64,000 nt of DNA from Alphaproteobacteria bacterium (GTDB lineage: Bacteria > Pseudomonadota > Alphaproteobacteria > JANQMY01): positions 30,613 through 94,612 of the forward strand of contig JANQPL010000008.1 of the NCBI GenBank assembly GCA_028289425.1. The letters are read 5' to 3'. The translations under genes and the position numbers were made by a program. This document shows positions 35,896-44,251 of the stretch, one piece after another; within the stretch, counting starts at the first letter, position 1; each line of letters opens with the position of its first letter. The notes beneath the pieces were generated by a model. The model was not told the origin of the DNA, made no database searches, and was given only the letters and a program-made list of their open reading frames with translations.

Positions 35896-37329
35896 ATGCA
35901 ACCAGCCACTACAGTATCGGAGTTCCGCTCTCCGGAAGAGAGCATTGGGGAACTCGATCTGAAAATGACAGCACGCCTTATCGCGGCGTCGGCTGATGTT
36001 GCCCTTATTGTAGATAGCGATGGACTGGTGCGTGACGTCGGAGGGATTGGGACCGGAACGCCCCTCGACGATTCTGACAAGATTGTGGAACAGGCGTGGG
36101 CGGATTCGGTAACCGTCGAAAGCCAGCCAAAAGTCGCAGAAATGCTGCGCGACGCCAAGGAAACCGGGGAACTTAAGTGGCGCGAAATAAATTATCCAAC
36201 GCCGGGCGGTTCAAAGCCCTACCGTTTTATAGCGCTGCCGTTGGGATCAAACGATAACGTCATCGCGCTCGGTCGGGATCTGACCAGCGTGTCTGATCTG
36301 CAACAGCGGCTGCTGCATGCTCAACAAGCGATGGAGCGGGAGTATTCGACACTTCGAGAAGCCGAAGGGCGGTATCGTCTTCTGTTTCATTTGGCATCCG
36401 AAGCGGTTTTGGTGGTCGAGCAATCCTCGGGCAAAGTTATTGAAGCGAATCCGGCAGCCGGCAATGTGACGAGCCTTAATCCCGACAATCTAATGGGACA
36501 ATCGATCGAGACCATCGCGCATACCGACTACCGCGACCCCCTCAAAAAACTGGTGAAGAATGCAATCGGCTCCGGTCCCAGCATTTTGGAACGGGTGCGA
36601 CTTGCGAACACGGCCGGCGAGTTCCGAATTGTTGCCTCCGCCTTCCGGCAAAACGACAACTCGCACGTGCTTGTCCACATTACGTCAACCCAGACAAACC
36701 AGATATCCGACAAGGCAGCTTCCGCAAAACTTTTCCGCGTGCTCAATCGCATACCGGATGCGTTCGTCGTCACCGACGAGGAGTACAACATTCTCGAGAC
36801 GAACTTAGCCTTCTTGGAACTGTCGCAACTCGCCGATGCGGACGCAGCAAAGGGCCAGCCACTGGGCCAATTTATTGGACGCCGAGACGGAGATTTGGCT
36901 GTTCTAAAATCGACACTTCGGGAACACGGCTGGGTTCGCAATTTCGAGACCGTGTTCAAATCGACCTACGGCATCCGAGACGACATCGAGATTTCGGCCG
37001 TCGATGTCAACGAAGGTCTCGAACGGTACACGGGTTTTGTGATTAGAGCCGTACGGCGAAGCGACCCGGCCCGGGCGACAACGCAGACGGCGATTCCCGC
37101 CGACAAAGACCGGCTGACCGATTTGGTGGGGCGCTCCTCATTGCGCGAAATCGTGCAGGAAACCACGGAAGTCATTGAGCGGCTGTGCATCGAAACAGCG
37201 CTTAATCTTTCCAAAAACAACCGCGCTCTCGCCGCCGAAATGCTCGGTGTGAGTCGCCAGAGCCTTTACGTAAAACTCAATCGCTACGGTCTCGGCGGCA
37301 ATCTTTCCTCTGCCACGGACCTGGTCTGA
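35896..37329 (+). CDS. ppsR: Photosynthesis gene repressor PpsR / CrtJ
   Basis: PAS-repeat protein with a C-terminal Fis-type HTH: LREIVQETTEVIERLCIETALNLSKNNRALAAEMLGVSRQSLYVKLNRYGL. ATG at 35896 (track starts at TTG 35884). Confidence 0.92.
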   Translation: MQPATTVSEFRSPEESIGELDLKMTARLIAASADVALIVDSDGLVRDVGGIGTGTPLDDSDKIVEQAWADSVTVESQPKVAEMLRDAKETGELKWREINYPTPGGSKPYRFIALPLGSNDNVIALGRDLTSVSDLQQRLLHAQQAMEREYSTLREAEGRYRLLFHLASEAVLVVEQSSGKVIEANPAAGNVTSLNPDNLMGQSIETIAHTDYRDPLKKLVKNAIGSGPSILERVRLANTAGEFRIVASAFRQNDNSHVLVHITSTQTNQISDKAASAKLFRVLNRIPDAFVVTDEEYNILETNLAFLELSQLADADAAKGQPLGQFIGRRDGDLAVLKSTLREHGWVRNFETVFKSTYGIRDDIEISAVDVNEGLERYTGFVIRAVRRSDPARATTQTAIPADKDRLTDLVGRSSLREIVQETTEVIERLCIETALNLSKNNRALAAEMLGVSRQSLYVKLNRYGLGGNLSSATDLV

Positions 37330-37359
37330 AGATACCCAAAATTTTGATCGGAAAGCAGG

Positions 37360-37403
37360 TGTCAATTCGACTTGACGCTCCATTGCGTCAATTCTAGTTT
37401 ACA
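37360..37403. promoter_or_regulatory. Candidate degenerate twin PpsR operator plus promoter directly abutting the bchG start
   Basis: TGTCAATTCGACTTGACG (37360-37377, TGT-N12-ACG), an 8-bp spacer, then CGTCAATTCTAGTTTACA (37386-37403, CGT-N12-ACA). The plus strand reads TTGACG-N17-TAGTTT, ending 5 nt before the bchG ATG. Confidence 0.5.
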
Positions 37404-37405
37404 TC

Positions 37406-38317
37406 ATGGCTTACGCTGATCTGAGCGAACCCCGGGCGCGGCCTCAACCGCGGGCGGTTCTTGAACTGCTCAAGCCCATCACATGGTTTGCGCCCATGTG
37501 GGCGTTTATGTGCGGGGTCATCTCATCCGGCTCGGCGCTTGGTGAGACATGGCCGTTCATGATCGCCGGCATGATTTTGGCGGGCCCCTTGGTCTGTGGA
37601 ACAAGCCAAGCCGTCAATGATTGGTACGACCGTCATGTGGATGCCATCAACGAACCCAAACGGCCGATCCCATCAGGACGCATTCCCGGTTCGTGGGGCT
37701 TTCGGATTGCCTGCATCGGTACCGGCGTCGCGCTCATCTACGCCGCCTTTTGGGGCATTTGGGTGTTTGTTGCCGCCATTGTCGGACTGGCCCTTGCTTG
37801 GGCGTACAGCGCGCCGCCCTTGCGCCTGAAGCAAAGCGGTTGGTGGGGACCGCTCGCCGTCGGGTTTTCATACGAGGGATTGTCCTGGTTCACCGGCGCC
37901 GCAATTGTCTTGGGCCATCTGCCAAGCTGGGAAGTTCTGTCGTTGGTGGTGCTCTACAGCATCGGCGCCTTCGGCATCATGACATTGAACGACTTTAAGG
38001 CCGTGGAAGGCGACCGGCGCCTGGGCATCAAATCACTGCCCGCACAATTGGGTGTGCAGCCGGCGGCACGAATTGCCTGCATCGCCATGGCGGTGCCACA
38101 AGCCTTTGTCGTGGCGATGCTTCTTGGATTGGGTCTTACGCTTTCTGCTTCCCTGGTGACCCTGAGTCTGGCGGTGCAAATCGTCCTGATGATCCGCCTG
38201 ATGAAAGATCCCAAAGCGCACGCCCCTTGGTACAACGCAACGGGCACGACGCTCTTCGTCCTCGGCATGATGATTTCGGCCTTTGGCGTTCGGCAGATTG
38301 GCGGAGGCATCGGGTGA
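37406..38317 (+). CDS. bchG: Bacteriochlorophyll a synthase
   Basis: 303 aa. UbiA-family motif SQAVNDWYDRHVDAINEPKRPIPSGR. The N-terminus ...PQPRAVLELLKPITWFAPMWAF is typical of BchG. Confidence 0.94.
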   Translation: MAYADLSEPRARPQPRAVLELLKPITWFAPMWAFMCGVISSGSALGETWPFMIAGMILAGPLVCGTSQAVNDWYDRHVDAINEPKRPIPSGRIPGSWGFRIACIGTGVALIYAAFWGIWVFVAAIVGLALAWAYSAPPLRLKQSGWWGPLAVGFSYEGLSWFTGAAIVLGHLPSWEVLSLVVLYSIGAFGIMTLNDFKAVEGDRRLGIKSLPAQLGVQPAARIACIAMAVPQAFVVAMLLGLGLTLSASLVTLSLAVQIVLMIRLMKDPKAHAPWYNATGTTLFVLGMMISAFGVRQIGGGIG

Positions 38318-39690
38318 CTCAGAAGCATCTCGATTGGATCGCCATCATTCGGCTGGGTCTTGTTCAAAGCGCGATCGGCTCGATTGTCGTCATCACCAAT
38401 TCCACATTAAACCGGGTGATGGTCGTGGAACTTGCGCTTGCCGCAAGCCTGCCCGCCGCGCTGGTCGCCTGGCATTACGCCATTCAGCTTTCCCGCCCGA
38501 TTTGGGGGCACGGTTCCGATGTGGGCCGCCGCAGAACGCCGTGGATTGTCGGCGGCATGGGCCTGCTGGTGATCGGCGCCCTGTTCGCCACCAACGCCAC
38601 CATCTGGATGGCGACAAATCCGGTGGGCGGCACGCTGTTGGGTATCTTGGCTTTCGCTATGATCGGCGCAGGTGTCGGTGCCAGCGGCACGTCGCTCTTG
38701 GCGCTTCTGGCAACAGAAGTGGCGCCGTCTCGCCGGCCGGCGGCGGCAGCGATAACATGGATCATGATGATTGTGGGGATCGTCATCACCGCGGGCGTTA
38801 TTGGACAATGGCTGGATCCCTTCTCTCCGCAACGACTGGCCTTGGTGGTGTCATGCGTCGCGGGCACGGCTTTTCTGGTGACGTTACTTGCCGTCAATGG
38901 CGTTGAAAGCGGCATCGCTAAACCGCCCCCTTCTTCCGAGCCGGGTGAGCAGCAAGCTTTCGTCAGCGTGCTGAAACAAACACTTAACGACCCGCTAGCG
39001 CGGCACTTCACAATTTTCGTTTTTGTGTCGATGCTCGCGTACAGCGCTCAAGATCTCATCCTGGAACCGTTTGCGGGACTGGTGTTCGGGTTCACTGTCG
39101 GCGAGTCCACACAATTGGCCGGCGTGCAACACGGCGGCGTGTTGCTGGGCATGATCTTGGTGGGTCTGGCCGGATCGTTTGTATCGGGCGACAAGACAGC
39201 CTGGCTTGTTCGAGGAACAATCTTCGGCTGCGCGGCCTCCGCCGCAGCGCTGGTCTTTCTCATGGCCGCCGCCTATCGTCCGGCGACCTGGCCCCTCGAA
39301 GCTACCGTGTTTGGCCTTGGCTTTGCCAACGGTGTCTTTGCCGTCTCGGCCATCGGCCTGATGATGTCGTTCGCCGGAAAAGGGGCCAGCGGCAAGGAAG
39401 GCGTCCGCATGGGGGTGTGGGGTGCATCGCAAGCAATCGCCTTCGGCGTGGGCGGTTTCGCCGGTGCAGCCGGCCTGGACGTCATGCGCCACTTGATGGA
39501 AGCGCCGTCCGGCGCGTTCGCGGCTGTCTTTGCGGCCGAAGCCTGTTTCTTTATAGGTGCCGCGGTTTTGGCCTTGCGCTACCGCAAACCACAAATCCGA
39601 GGAAGCCTGTCGCGTCCTCACACGCCGGTTCAATCAACACCAAACGCGATCCCCTTGGGAGTGCAACATGGAACAGCTAACAACCTATGA
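38314..39690 (+). CDS. PucC/BCD-family MFS protein (Rhodobacter orf428-type, between bchG and bchP)
   Basis: IIRLGLVQSAIGSIVVITNSTLNRVMVVELALAASLPAALVAWHYAIQLSRPIWGHGSD resembles LhaA/PucC. The GTG at 38314 overlaps the bchG stop (GTGA). The track ORF begins earlier, inside bchG. Confidence 0.82.
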   Translation: MTQKHLDWIAIIRLGLVQSAIGSIVVITNSTLNRVMVVELALAASLPAALVAWHYAIQLSRPIWGHGSDVGRRRTPWIVGGMGLLVIGALFATNATIWMATNPVGGTLLGILAFAMIGAGVGASGTSLLALLATEVAPSRRPAAAAITWIMMIVGIVITAGVIGQWLDPFSPQRLALVVSCVAGTAFLVTLLAVNGVESGIAKPPPSSEPGEQQAFVSVLKQTLNDPLARHFTIFVFVSMLAYSAQDLILEPFAGLVFGFTVGESTQLAGVQHGGVLLGMILVGLAGSFVSGDKTAWLVRGTIFGCAASAAALVFLMAAAYRPATWPLEATVFGLGFANGVFAVSAIGLMMSFAGKGASGKEGVRMGVWGASQAIAFGVGGFAGAAGLDVMRHLMEAPSGAFAAVFAAEACFFIGAAVLALRYRKPQIRGSLSRPHTPVQSTPNAIPLGVQHGTANNL

Positions 39691-40867
39691 CGCGGTCATT
39701 GTCGGCGGCGGCCCTGCGGGCGCCACCGCTGCGGAATATCTTGCCTCGAAGAAGCACAATGTGCTTCTGCTGAATCGGGACGGCCGGATCAAACCTTGCG
39801 GCGGTGCCATCCCACCGCGCCTCATCCGCGATTTCGATATTCCCGACAGGCTTTTGGTCGCCCGCGCGCGCTCGGCACGGATCGTCGCCCCCTCAAACAA
39901 AAAAGTCGACATGCCGATTGAGGGGGGATTTGTCGGTTTGGTTGACCGTGAAACCTTCGACGAATTCCTGCGCGACCGCGCCCAGAAGGCAGGCGCCGAC
40001 CGAAGAGCGGGCAAATTCATCAGAGTTGAACGCGACACCGATGGCACGGCCATTGTCGTCTATCAGCCGGCGGACAAAAGCGAGTCGGCGGAACCCGTGC
40101 GGGTTCGCGCCCGTACGATTGTGGGTGCGGACGGCGCACGGTCAAAGGTGGCCGGTCAATGCGTGAAGGGCGGCGACAAGTATTACAGCGTTTTCGCCTA
40201 TCACGAGATCATCAAGATACCGGAAGCTTTGCCGGACGGATATGACCGGGACCGCTGCGATATCTATTACACCAGCAAATTGTCGCCGGATTTTTACGCC
40301 TGGATCTTCCCCCATGGGGGAACGGCAAGCGTGGGCGTCGGCAGCGCCAAGAAAGGCTTCGGTCTTCGGTCTGCGGCACATCAACTTCGCGCGGCCACGG
40401 GGCTCGACAGCTGTACCACGGTGCGAACCGAGGGAGCACCCATACCCCTTAAGCCGCTCAAGAAGTGGGACAACGGTCAGGACGTGGTGCTTGCCGGCGA
40501 CGCCGCCGGTGTCGTCGCACCGTCATCCGGCGAAGGTATCTATTATGCCATGATCGGGGGCCAATACGCCGCGGAAGCGGTTGAAGAGTGTTTGGCCACC
40601 GGCAATCCGAAAGCACTTGCGCAGGCGCGCAAGCGTTTTATGAAGAGCAATGGCATGACGTTTTGGGTCCTGGGCATTATGCAGTACTTCTGGTACTGCA
40701 GCGACAAACGGCGCGAGCGGTTTGTAAAGATGTGCGACGATCCAGACGTGCAGCGTCTAACCTGGCAGGCCTACATGAACAAAGAGTTGGTCAAAGCAGA
40801 TCCTGGCGCGCATGTGCGAATTTTCTTCAAGGACCTGGGCCATCTGATGGGTGTCGGCCGCACATGA
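39668..40867 (+). CDS. bchP: Geranylgeranyl-bacteriochlorophyll(ide) reductase
   Basis: MEQLTTYDAVIVGGGPAGATAAEYLASKKHNVLLLNRDGRIKPCGGAIPPRLI. GGGAG SD before the ATG at 39668. 23-nt overlap with the preceding MFS gene. Confidence 0.94.
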   Translation: MEQLTTYDAVIVGGGPAGATAAEYLASKKHNVLLLNRDGRIKPCGGAIPPRLIRDFDIPDRLLVARARSARIVAPSNKKVDMPIEGGFVGLVDRETFDEFLRDRAQKAGADRRAGKFIRVERDTDGTAIVVYQPADKSESAEPVRVRARTIVGADGARSKVAGQCVKGGDKYYSVFAYHEIIKIPEALPDGYDRDRCDIYYTSKLSPDFYAWIFPHGGTASVGVGSAKKGFGLRSAAHQLRAATGLDSCTTVRTEGAPIPLKPLKKWDNGQDVVLAGDAAGVVAPSSGEGIYYAMIGGQYAAEAVEECLATGNPKALAQARKRFMKSNGMTFWVLGIMQYFWYCSDKRRERFVKMCDDPDVQRLTWQAYMNKELVKADPGAHVRIFFKDLGHLMGVGRT

Positions 40868-41355
40868 CGTCTGCCTCCCGACGTCGGTTGAAACCGGTTG
40901 CCGCCGCAGCCGGTGCCGCAATCTTTGTGGCCGTCGTTGGGGGGACACTGACCGATCTGGGACCGTGGTATCAGCAACTCAGACAGCCAAGCTGGCGTCT
41001 GCCCGATGCTGCCTTTGGACCCATTTGGACGGTCATATTCGCACTGGCTGCGGCTGCCGGTGTGATCGCTTGGCGGCGCATAGGAGATCCGATACAGAGA
41101 CAAACCATCATCGGGCTCTTTGCGTTTAATGGGTTCCTGAACATTCTCTGGAGCTTGCTGTTCTTTAGATTACAGCGCCCCGATTATGCACTGATCGAAG
41201 TAGGTTTCCTTTGGATATCCATTCTTGTGCTGATTATCTACTTCATCAGGCGTTCTCCCGTGTCGAGCCTGCTGCTTGTGCCGTACCTTGCGTGGGTTTC
41301 TTTGGCCGCCTTCCTGAATTACGAGGTCGTCCGCCTAAACGGACCGTTCGGCTAA
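40864..41355 (+). CDS. tspO: Tryptophan-rich sensory protein TspO (CrtK)
   Basis: 163 aa from an ATG overlapping the bchP stop (ATGA). GPWYQQLRQPSWRLPDAAFGPIWTVIF ... FAFNGFLNILWSLLFFRL ... LVPYLAWVSLAAFLNYEV. Confidence 0.9.
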   Translation: MTSASRRRLKPVAAAAGAAIFVAVVGGTLTDLGPWYQQLRQPSWRLPDAAFGPIWTVIFALAAAAGVIAWRRIGDPIQRQTIIGLFAFNGFLNILWSLLFFRLQRPDYALIEVGFLWISILVLIIYFIRRSPVSSLLLVPYLAWVSLAAFLNYEVVRLNGPFG

Positions 41356-41358
41356 ACG

Positions 41359-41622
41359 ATGGAGTCGTTTGAGGCGCTTCTTTCGTCACACTGGGCTATC
41401 GACTTGGTGATCGCCTGCCTGGCGGTCGAAGCAATTGTGCTTGCCATGTGGTTTGGACGGCCACGGATCGTAACCGTGTTGACCGCTTTGTTGCCGGGAC
41501 TGTTTCTGTTACTGGCCCTGCGTGCCGCGCTGAACGATGCGCCCTGGGTGATGGCGGCCTTTTTGGCGGCATCGTTGCCGGCGCATGTTGTGGACCTGTT
41601 GCGCCGCCCGGTTCGCTCCTGA
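41359..41622 (+). CDS. Hypothetical 87-aa membrane protein (about 3 hydrophobic helices)
   Basis: Starts 3 nt after the tspO stop. MESFEALLSSHWAIDLVIACLAVEAIVLAMWFGRPRIVTVLTALLPGLFLLLALRAALNDAPWVMAAFLAASLPAHVV. No family recognised. Confidence 0.45.
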   Translation: MESFEALLSSHWAIDLVIACLAVEAIVLAMWFGRPRIVTVLTALLPGLFLLLALRAALNDAPWVMAAFLAASLPAHVVDLLRRPVRS

Positions 41623-41643
41623 TCGACTCAGAGAACGAAGAGC

Positions 41644-41669
41644 CCCAAGAGAACAGGTGTCCTCTTGGG
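41644..41669. terminator. Hairpin between convergent genes (candidate bidirectional terminator)
   Basis: CCCAAGAG (41644-41651) / CTCTTGGG (41662-41669) with a 10-nt loop. It lies between the 87-aa ORF stop (41622) and the cytochrome c stop (41686). A T-rich run follows on the plus strand (TATTGGTTGTGTGTGTTATT). Confidence 0.5.
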
Positions 41670-41685
41670 CTATTGGTTGTGTGTG

Positions 41686-42387
41686 TTATTCGGCGGCTGC
41701 TTCGGCCGTCGCTTCAGCGATGTAGGCGATCACGTCAGCCCGTTGCTGAGCTTGACGCAAGCCAACAAAGGCCATGCGCGTACCAGGCATATATTTCCGC
41801 GGATTCTCCAGATACTCGAACATGATTTCCGAGGTCCAGACAATGCCCGATTCGCTGTTGGCCTTAGAGTAGTTAAAGCCTTCGATCGTGCCCGCGGTCC
41901 GGCCCAAAATGCCGTAAAGCGATGGCCCCTGACGGTTCTGTCCGGGTTCCAAAACGTGGCACTGCTTACATCTGTTAAAAACCTTCGCGCCGGCTGTCGC
42001 ATTGCCGGTCAGCGTTTCGCCCGCAGCCGTCGTAAATGAATTCGCGAATTGATATCCACCGTCGACAGAAGCAACTTGCGTTTCTTCATCGCTGGCGGCC
42101 TCCGCTGTTTCCTCCGCTGGCGCTTCTTCGGTCGTCGCCGCAGCATCAGAAGAACCTTCTGCACTCGCTGTCGTATCCGCAGCTTGTTCTGACGTATCGG
42201 CCGCCTCTGCGGTTTCTTCTTCCGCGCTTGCCGCGTTCTCAGTGGCAGTTGCTTCCGCCGCGCCGGCATCGTTCGCAACTTCGCTTGTCTCAGCAGCCGC
42301 AGGCGCAGCAGCTTCCTCTTCAGAACATGCCGGCATCGCAACAAGCAGACCCACAGATGCAAGCGTTGCAGTCAGTACCTTCTTCAT
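41686..42387 (-). CDS. Membrane-tethered c-type cytochrome (cytochrome c_y / c552-like)
   Basis: MKKVLTATLASVGLLVAMPAC signal/anchor, then an Ala/Glu/Thr-rich acidic linker of about 110 aa, then a class-I cytochrome c domain (KVFNRCKQCHVLEPGQNRQGPSLYGI ... YMPGTRMAFVGL). GGAGGG SD before the ATG at 42387. The track ORF extends to 42525. Confidence 0.85.
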   Translation of the reverse strand: MKKVLTATLASVGLLVAMPACSEEEAAAPAAAETSEVANDAGAAEATATENAASAEEETAEAADTSEQAADTTASAEGSSDAAATTEEAPAEETAEAASDEETQVASVDGGYQFANSFTTAAGETLTGNATAGAKVFNRCKQCHVLEPGQNRQGPSLYGILGRTAGTIEGFNYSKANSESGIVWTSEIMFEYLENPRKYMPGTRMAFVGLRQAQQRADVIAYIAEATAEAAAE

Positions 42388-42757
42388 TCGATTCCCTCCA
42401 AAGTACGGAAATACAAACACATCCGTTATTCTTAACTTTGTCAACAGATGGGCAATGGTGTGATCAATTCGTGCCCCCATTATTTGACCACGTCGAACCT
42501 GAACAGAAACCCAACCAAACAACATTGGTCAGTTCTCGAAAAAGGCAACAGTGAATGTGTTGGTTTCCCGCCAATGCGACTTGAACTAAGGCAAAAATTG
42601 GCACTACTAAAAGTTTGCGTTTTAGTGATCTAATTCAATGTCACGTTGGGCAAAACGAAGTTGAGTGCAACGCGGAGACCGATGGCTAGCGCAGCAGGAT
42701 TCGCGCTAACGTAATCCACAACGCCATCTATGCTGATGCGGGTGCGATGGGTGTTAC

Positions 42758-43762
42758 ATGAGCAAATCACGCGCAATGATCCTCCATGAACAGCGATCGC
42801 CGTTGAGCTTTGAAGAGCGCACCGTGCCGGCACCGGGCGCCGACCAAGTTTGTGTCTGCGTCAGTGCATGCGCGGTCTGCCGGACCGATCTTCATGTGGC
42901 GGACGGTGATTTGAAATCGCCGAAACTGCCCCTCATCCTCGGCCATGAAATTATCGGCCGCGTGGACTCTATTGGCGCAAATGTCACCGACATTGTTGTC
43001 GGCGATCGCATCGGTGTCCCCTGGCTGGGCCATACATGCGGCACGTGCTCCTTCTGTCGATCCGGCCGTGAAAATCTGTGTGCGGACGCTCTCTTCACTG
43101 GATATACGATTGACGGCGGGTTTGCCGACCACACCCTGGCCGACCATCGGTTTTGTTTTCCGATCCCAGATCTCTATGAGGATCACGAGGCCGCGCCCCT
43201 CATGTGCGCCGGGCTGATCGGTTTTCGATCCCTGCGCGCAGCCGGGGATGCCGTCAAATTGGGGCTTTACGGATTTGGCGGCGCCGCCCACATCATTGCG
43301 CAAATCGCCGTTCATCAGGGTCGCGAAGTTTTTGCCTTTACAAAGCCGGGAGACGAGGCCGGCCAAAAGTTTGCGAAAGGGCTAGGCGCCGCGTGGGCCG
43401 GATCCAGCGATACGCCCCCGCCCGTCAAACTGGATGCGGCTATTTTGTTCGCACCGGTCGGCGGCTTAGTCCCGTTGGCCCTTCAATCGATCGACAAGGG
43501 CGGCATTGTGGTGTGCGCAGGCATCCACATGAGCGATATTCCGAGCTTTCCGTATAAAGACCTTTGGGAAGAGCGCACGATCACATCGGTCGCCAACCTG
43601 ACACGGCAAGACGGCGTTGAGTTTTTGAAAGTGGCCCCTCAAGTGCCGGTCAAAACCGCCACCCATCTCTATCCGCTGGAACAGGCGAATGAGGCGCTAA
43701 ACGATCTGCGCGCGGGGAGATTTGAAGGCGCCGCCGTGCTGAGCATGGCCGACGGCCGGTGA
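42758..43762 (+). CDS. Zn-dependent alcohol dehydrogenase (MDR family)
   Basis: 334 aa. CAVCRTDLHVADGDL, GHEIIGRV, structural-Zn Cys cluster GHTCGTCSFCRSGRENLC, LYGFGGAAH nucleotide fold. Confidence 0.88.
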   Translation: MSKSRAMILHEQRSPLSFEERTVPAPGADQVCVCVSACAVCRTDLHVADGDLKSPKLPLILGHEIIGRVDSIGANVTDIVVGDRIGVPWLGHTCGTCSFCRSGRENLCADALFTGYTIDGGFADHTLADHRFCFPIPDLYEDHEAAPLMCAGLIGFRSLRAAGDAVKLGLYGFGGAAHIIAQIAVHQGREVFAFTKPGDEAGQKFAKGLGAAWAGSSDTPPPVKLDAAILFAPVGGLVPLALQSIDKGGIVVCAGIHMSDIPSFPYKDLWEERTITSVANLTRQDGVEFLKVAPQVPVKTATHLYPLEQANEALNDLRAGRFEGAAVLSMADGR

Positions 43763-43810
43763 AGCCGCGGCTTGTTTTGGTAACACTGTGGGGGAGGAGA
43801 ATAGGCGGCT

Positions 43811-44251
43811 TCAGGACGAGCCGCCGGAACCGATCACAAATTCGCTGCGGTCGTAAATATAGTCTTCCGCCTCATAGGGTCGATCGCAGACCACCATCAA
43901 TTCCGAATCCGGCCCAACAAAGGTTTGCGACGCGAATATACGCGGCGGCATACAAAGGTAATCGCCCGCCGCAAGTGTCACATTCTTCGTTTGATGACCG
44001 TCCAGCATCTCGACCTGGACTTGGCCGCGTGAGCAAACAAGGAACTGAGAGCACACTTTGTGCGCATGGCCGCCGCGCGCCGTTCTAGCCGGCACCTGGT
44101 TGATCCAGAAAATGCGCTTGGGAACGAATGGCAAATGGTCGGCGAACTCAAGCACGCCCAGAACGCCGCGCTCGTCCAGGTGAAGGGGCAATGTGCCGGT
44201 CAGCACCTTTCCAATGGGGCTCTCGTTCGATCGACCGCTAGAGGGCTTCAT
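43811..44251 (-). CDS. WxcM/FdtA-like cupin, probable dTDP-4-keto-6-deoxyhexose 3,4-ketoisomerase
   Basis: 146 aa. HLDERGVLGVLEF..LPFVPKRIFWINQVPARTARGGHAHK, a cupin with the RGGHAH motif. ATGA overlap with the upstream aminotransferase. Confidence 0.78.
   Translation of the reverse strand: MKPSSGRSNESPIGKVLTGTLPLHLDERGVLGVLEFADHLPFVPKRIFWINQVPARTARGGHAHKVCSQFLVCSRGQVQVEMLDGHQTKNVTLAAGDYLCMPPRIFASQTFVGPDSELMVVCDRPYEAEDYIYDRSEFVIGSGGSS

Noticed and set aside
41900-42330. Possible tandem DNA repeat or CRISPR-like periodicity in the cytochrome c linker region
   Set aside because: The protein is compositionally repetitive (Ala/Glu/Thr), but I could find no exact repeated DNA unit or spacer structure. 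It is low-complexity coding sequence.
43762-43780. AAGCCGCGGCTT palindrome followed by GTTTTGG after the alcohol dehydrogenase stop, as a rho-independent terminator
   Set aside because: The stem would be only about 4 bp once a loop is allowed. That is too weak to call.
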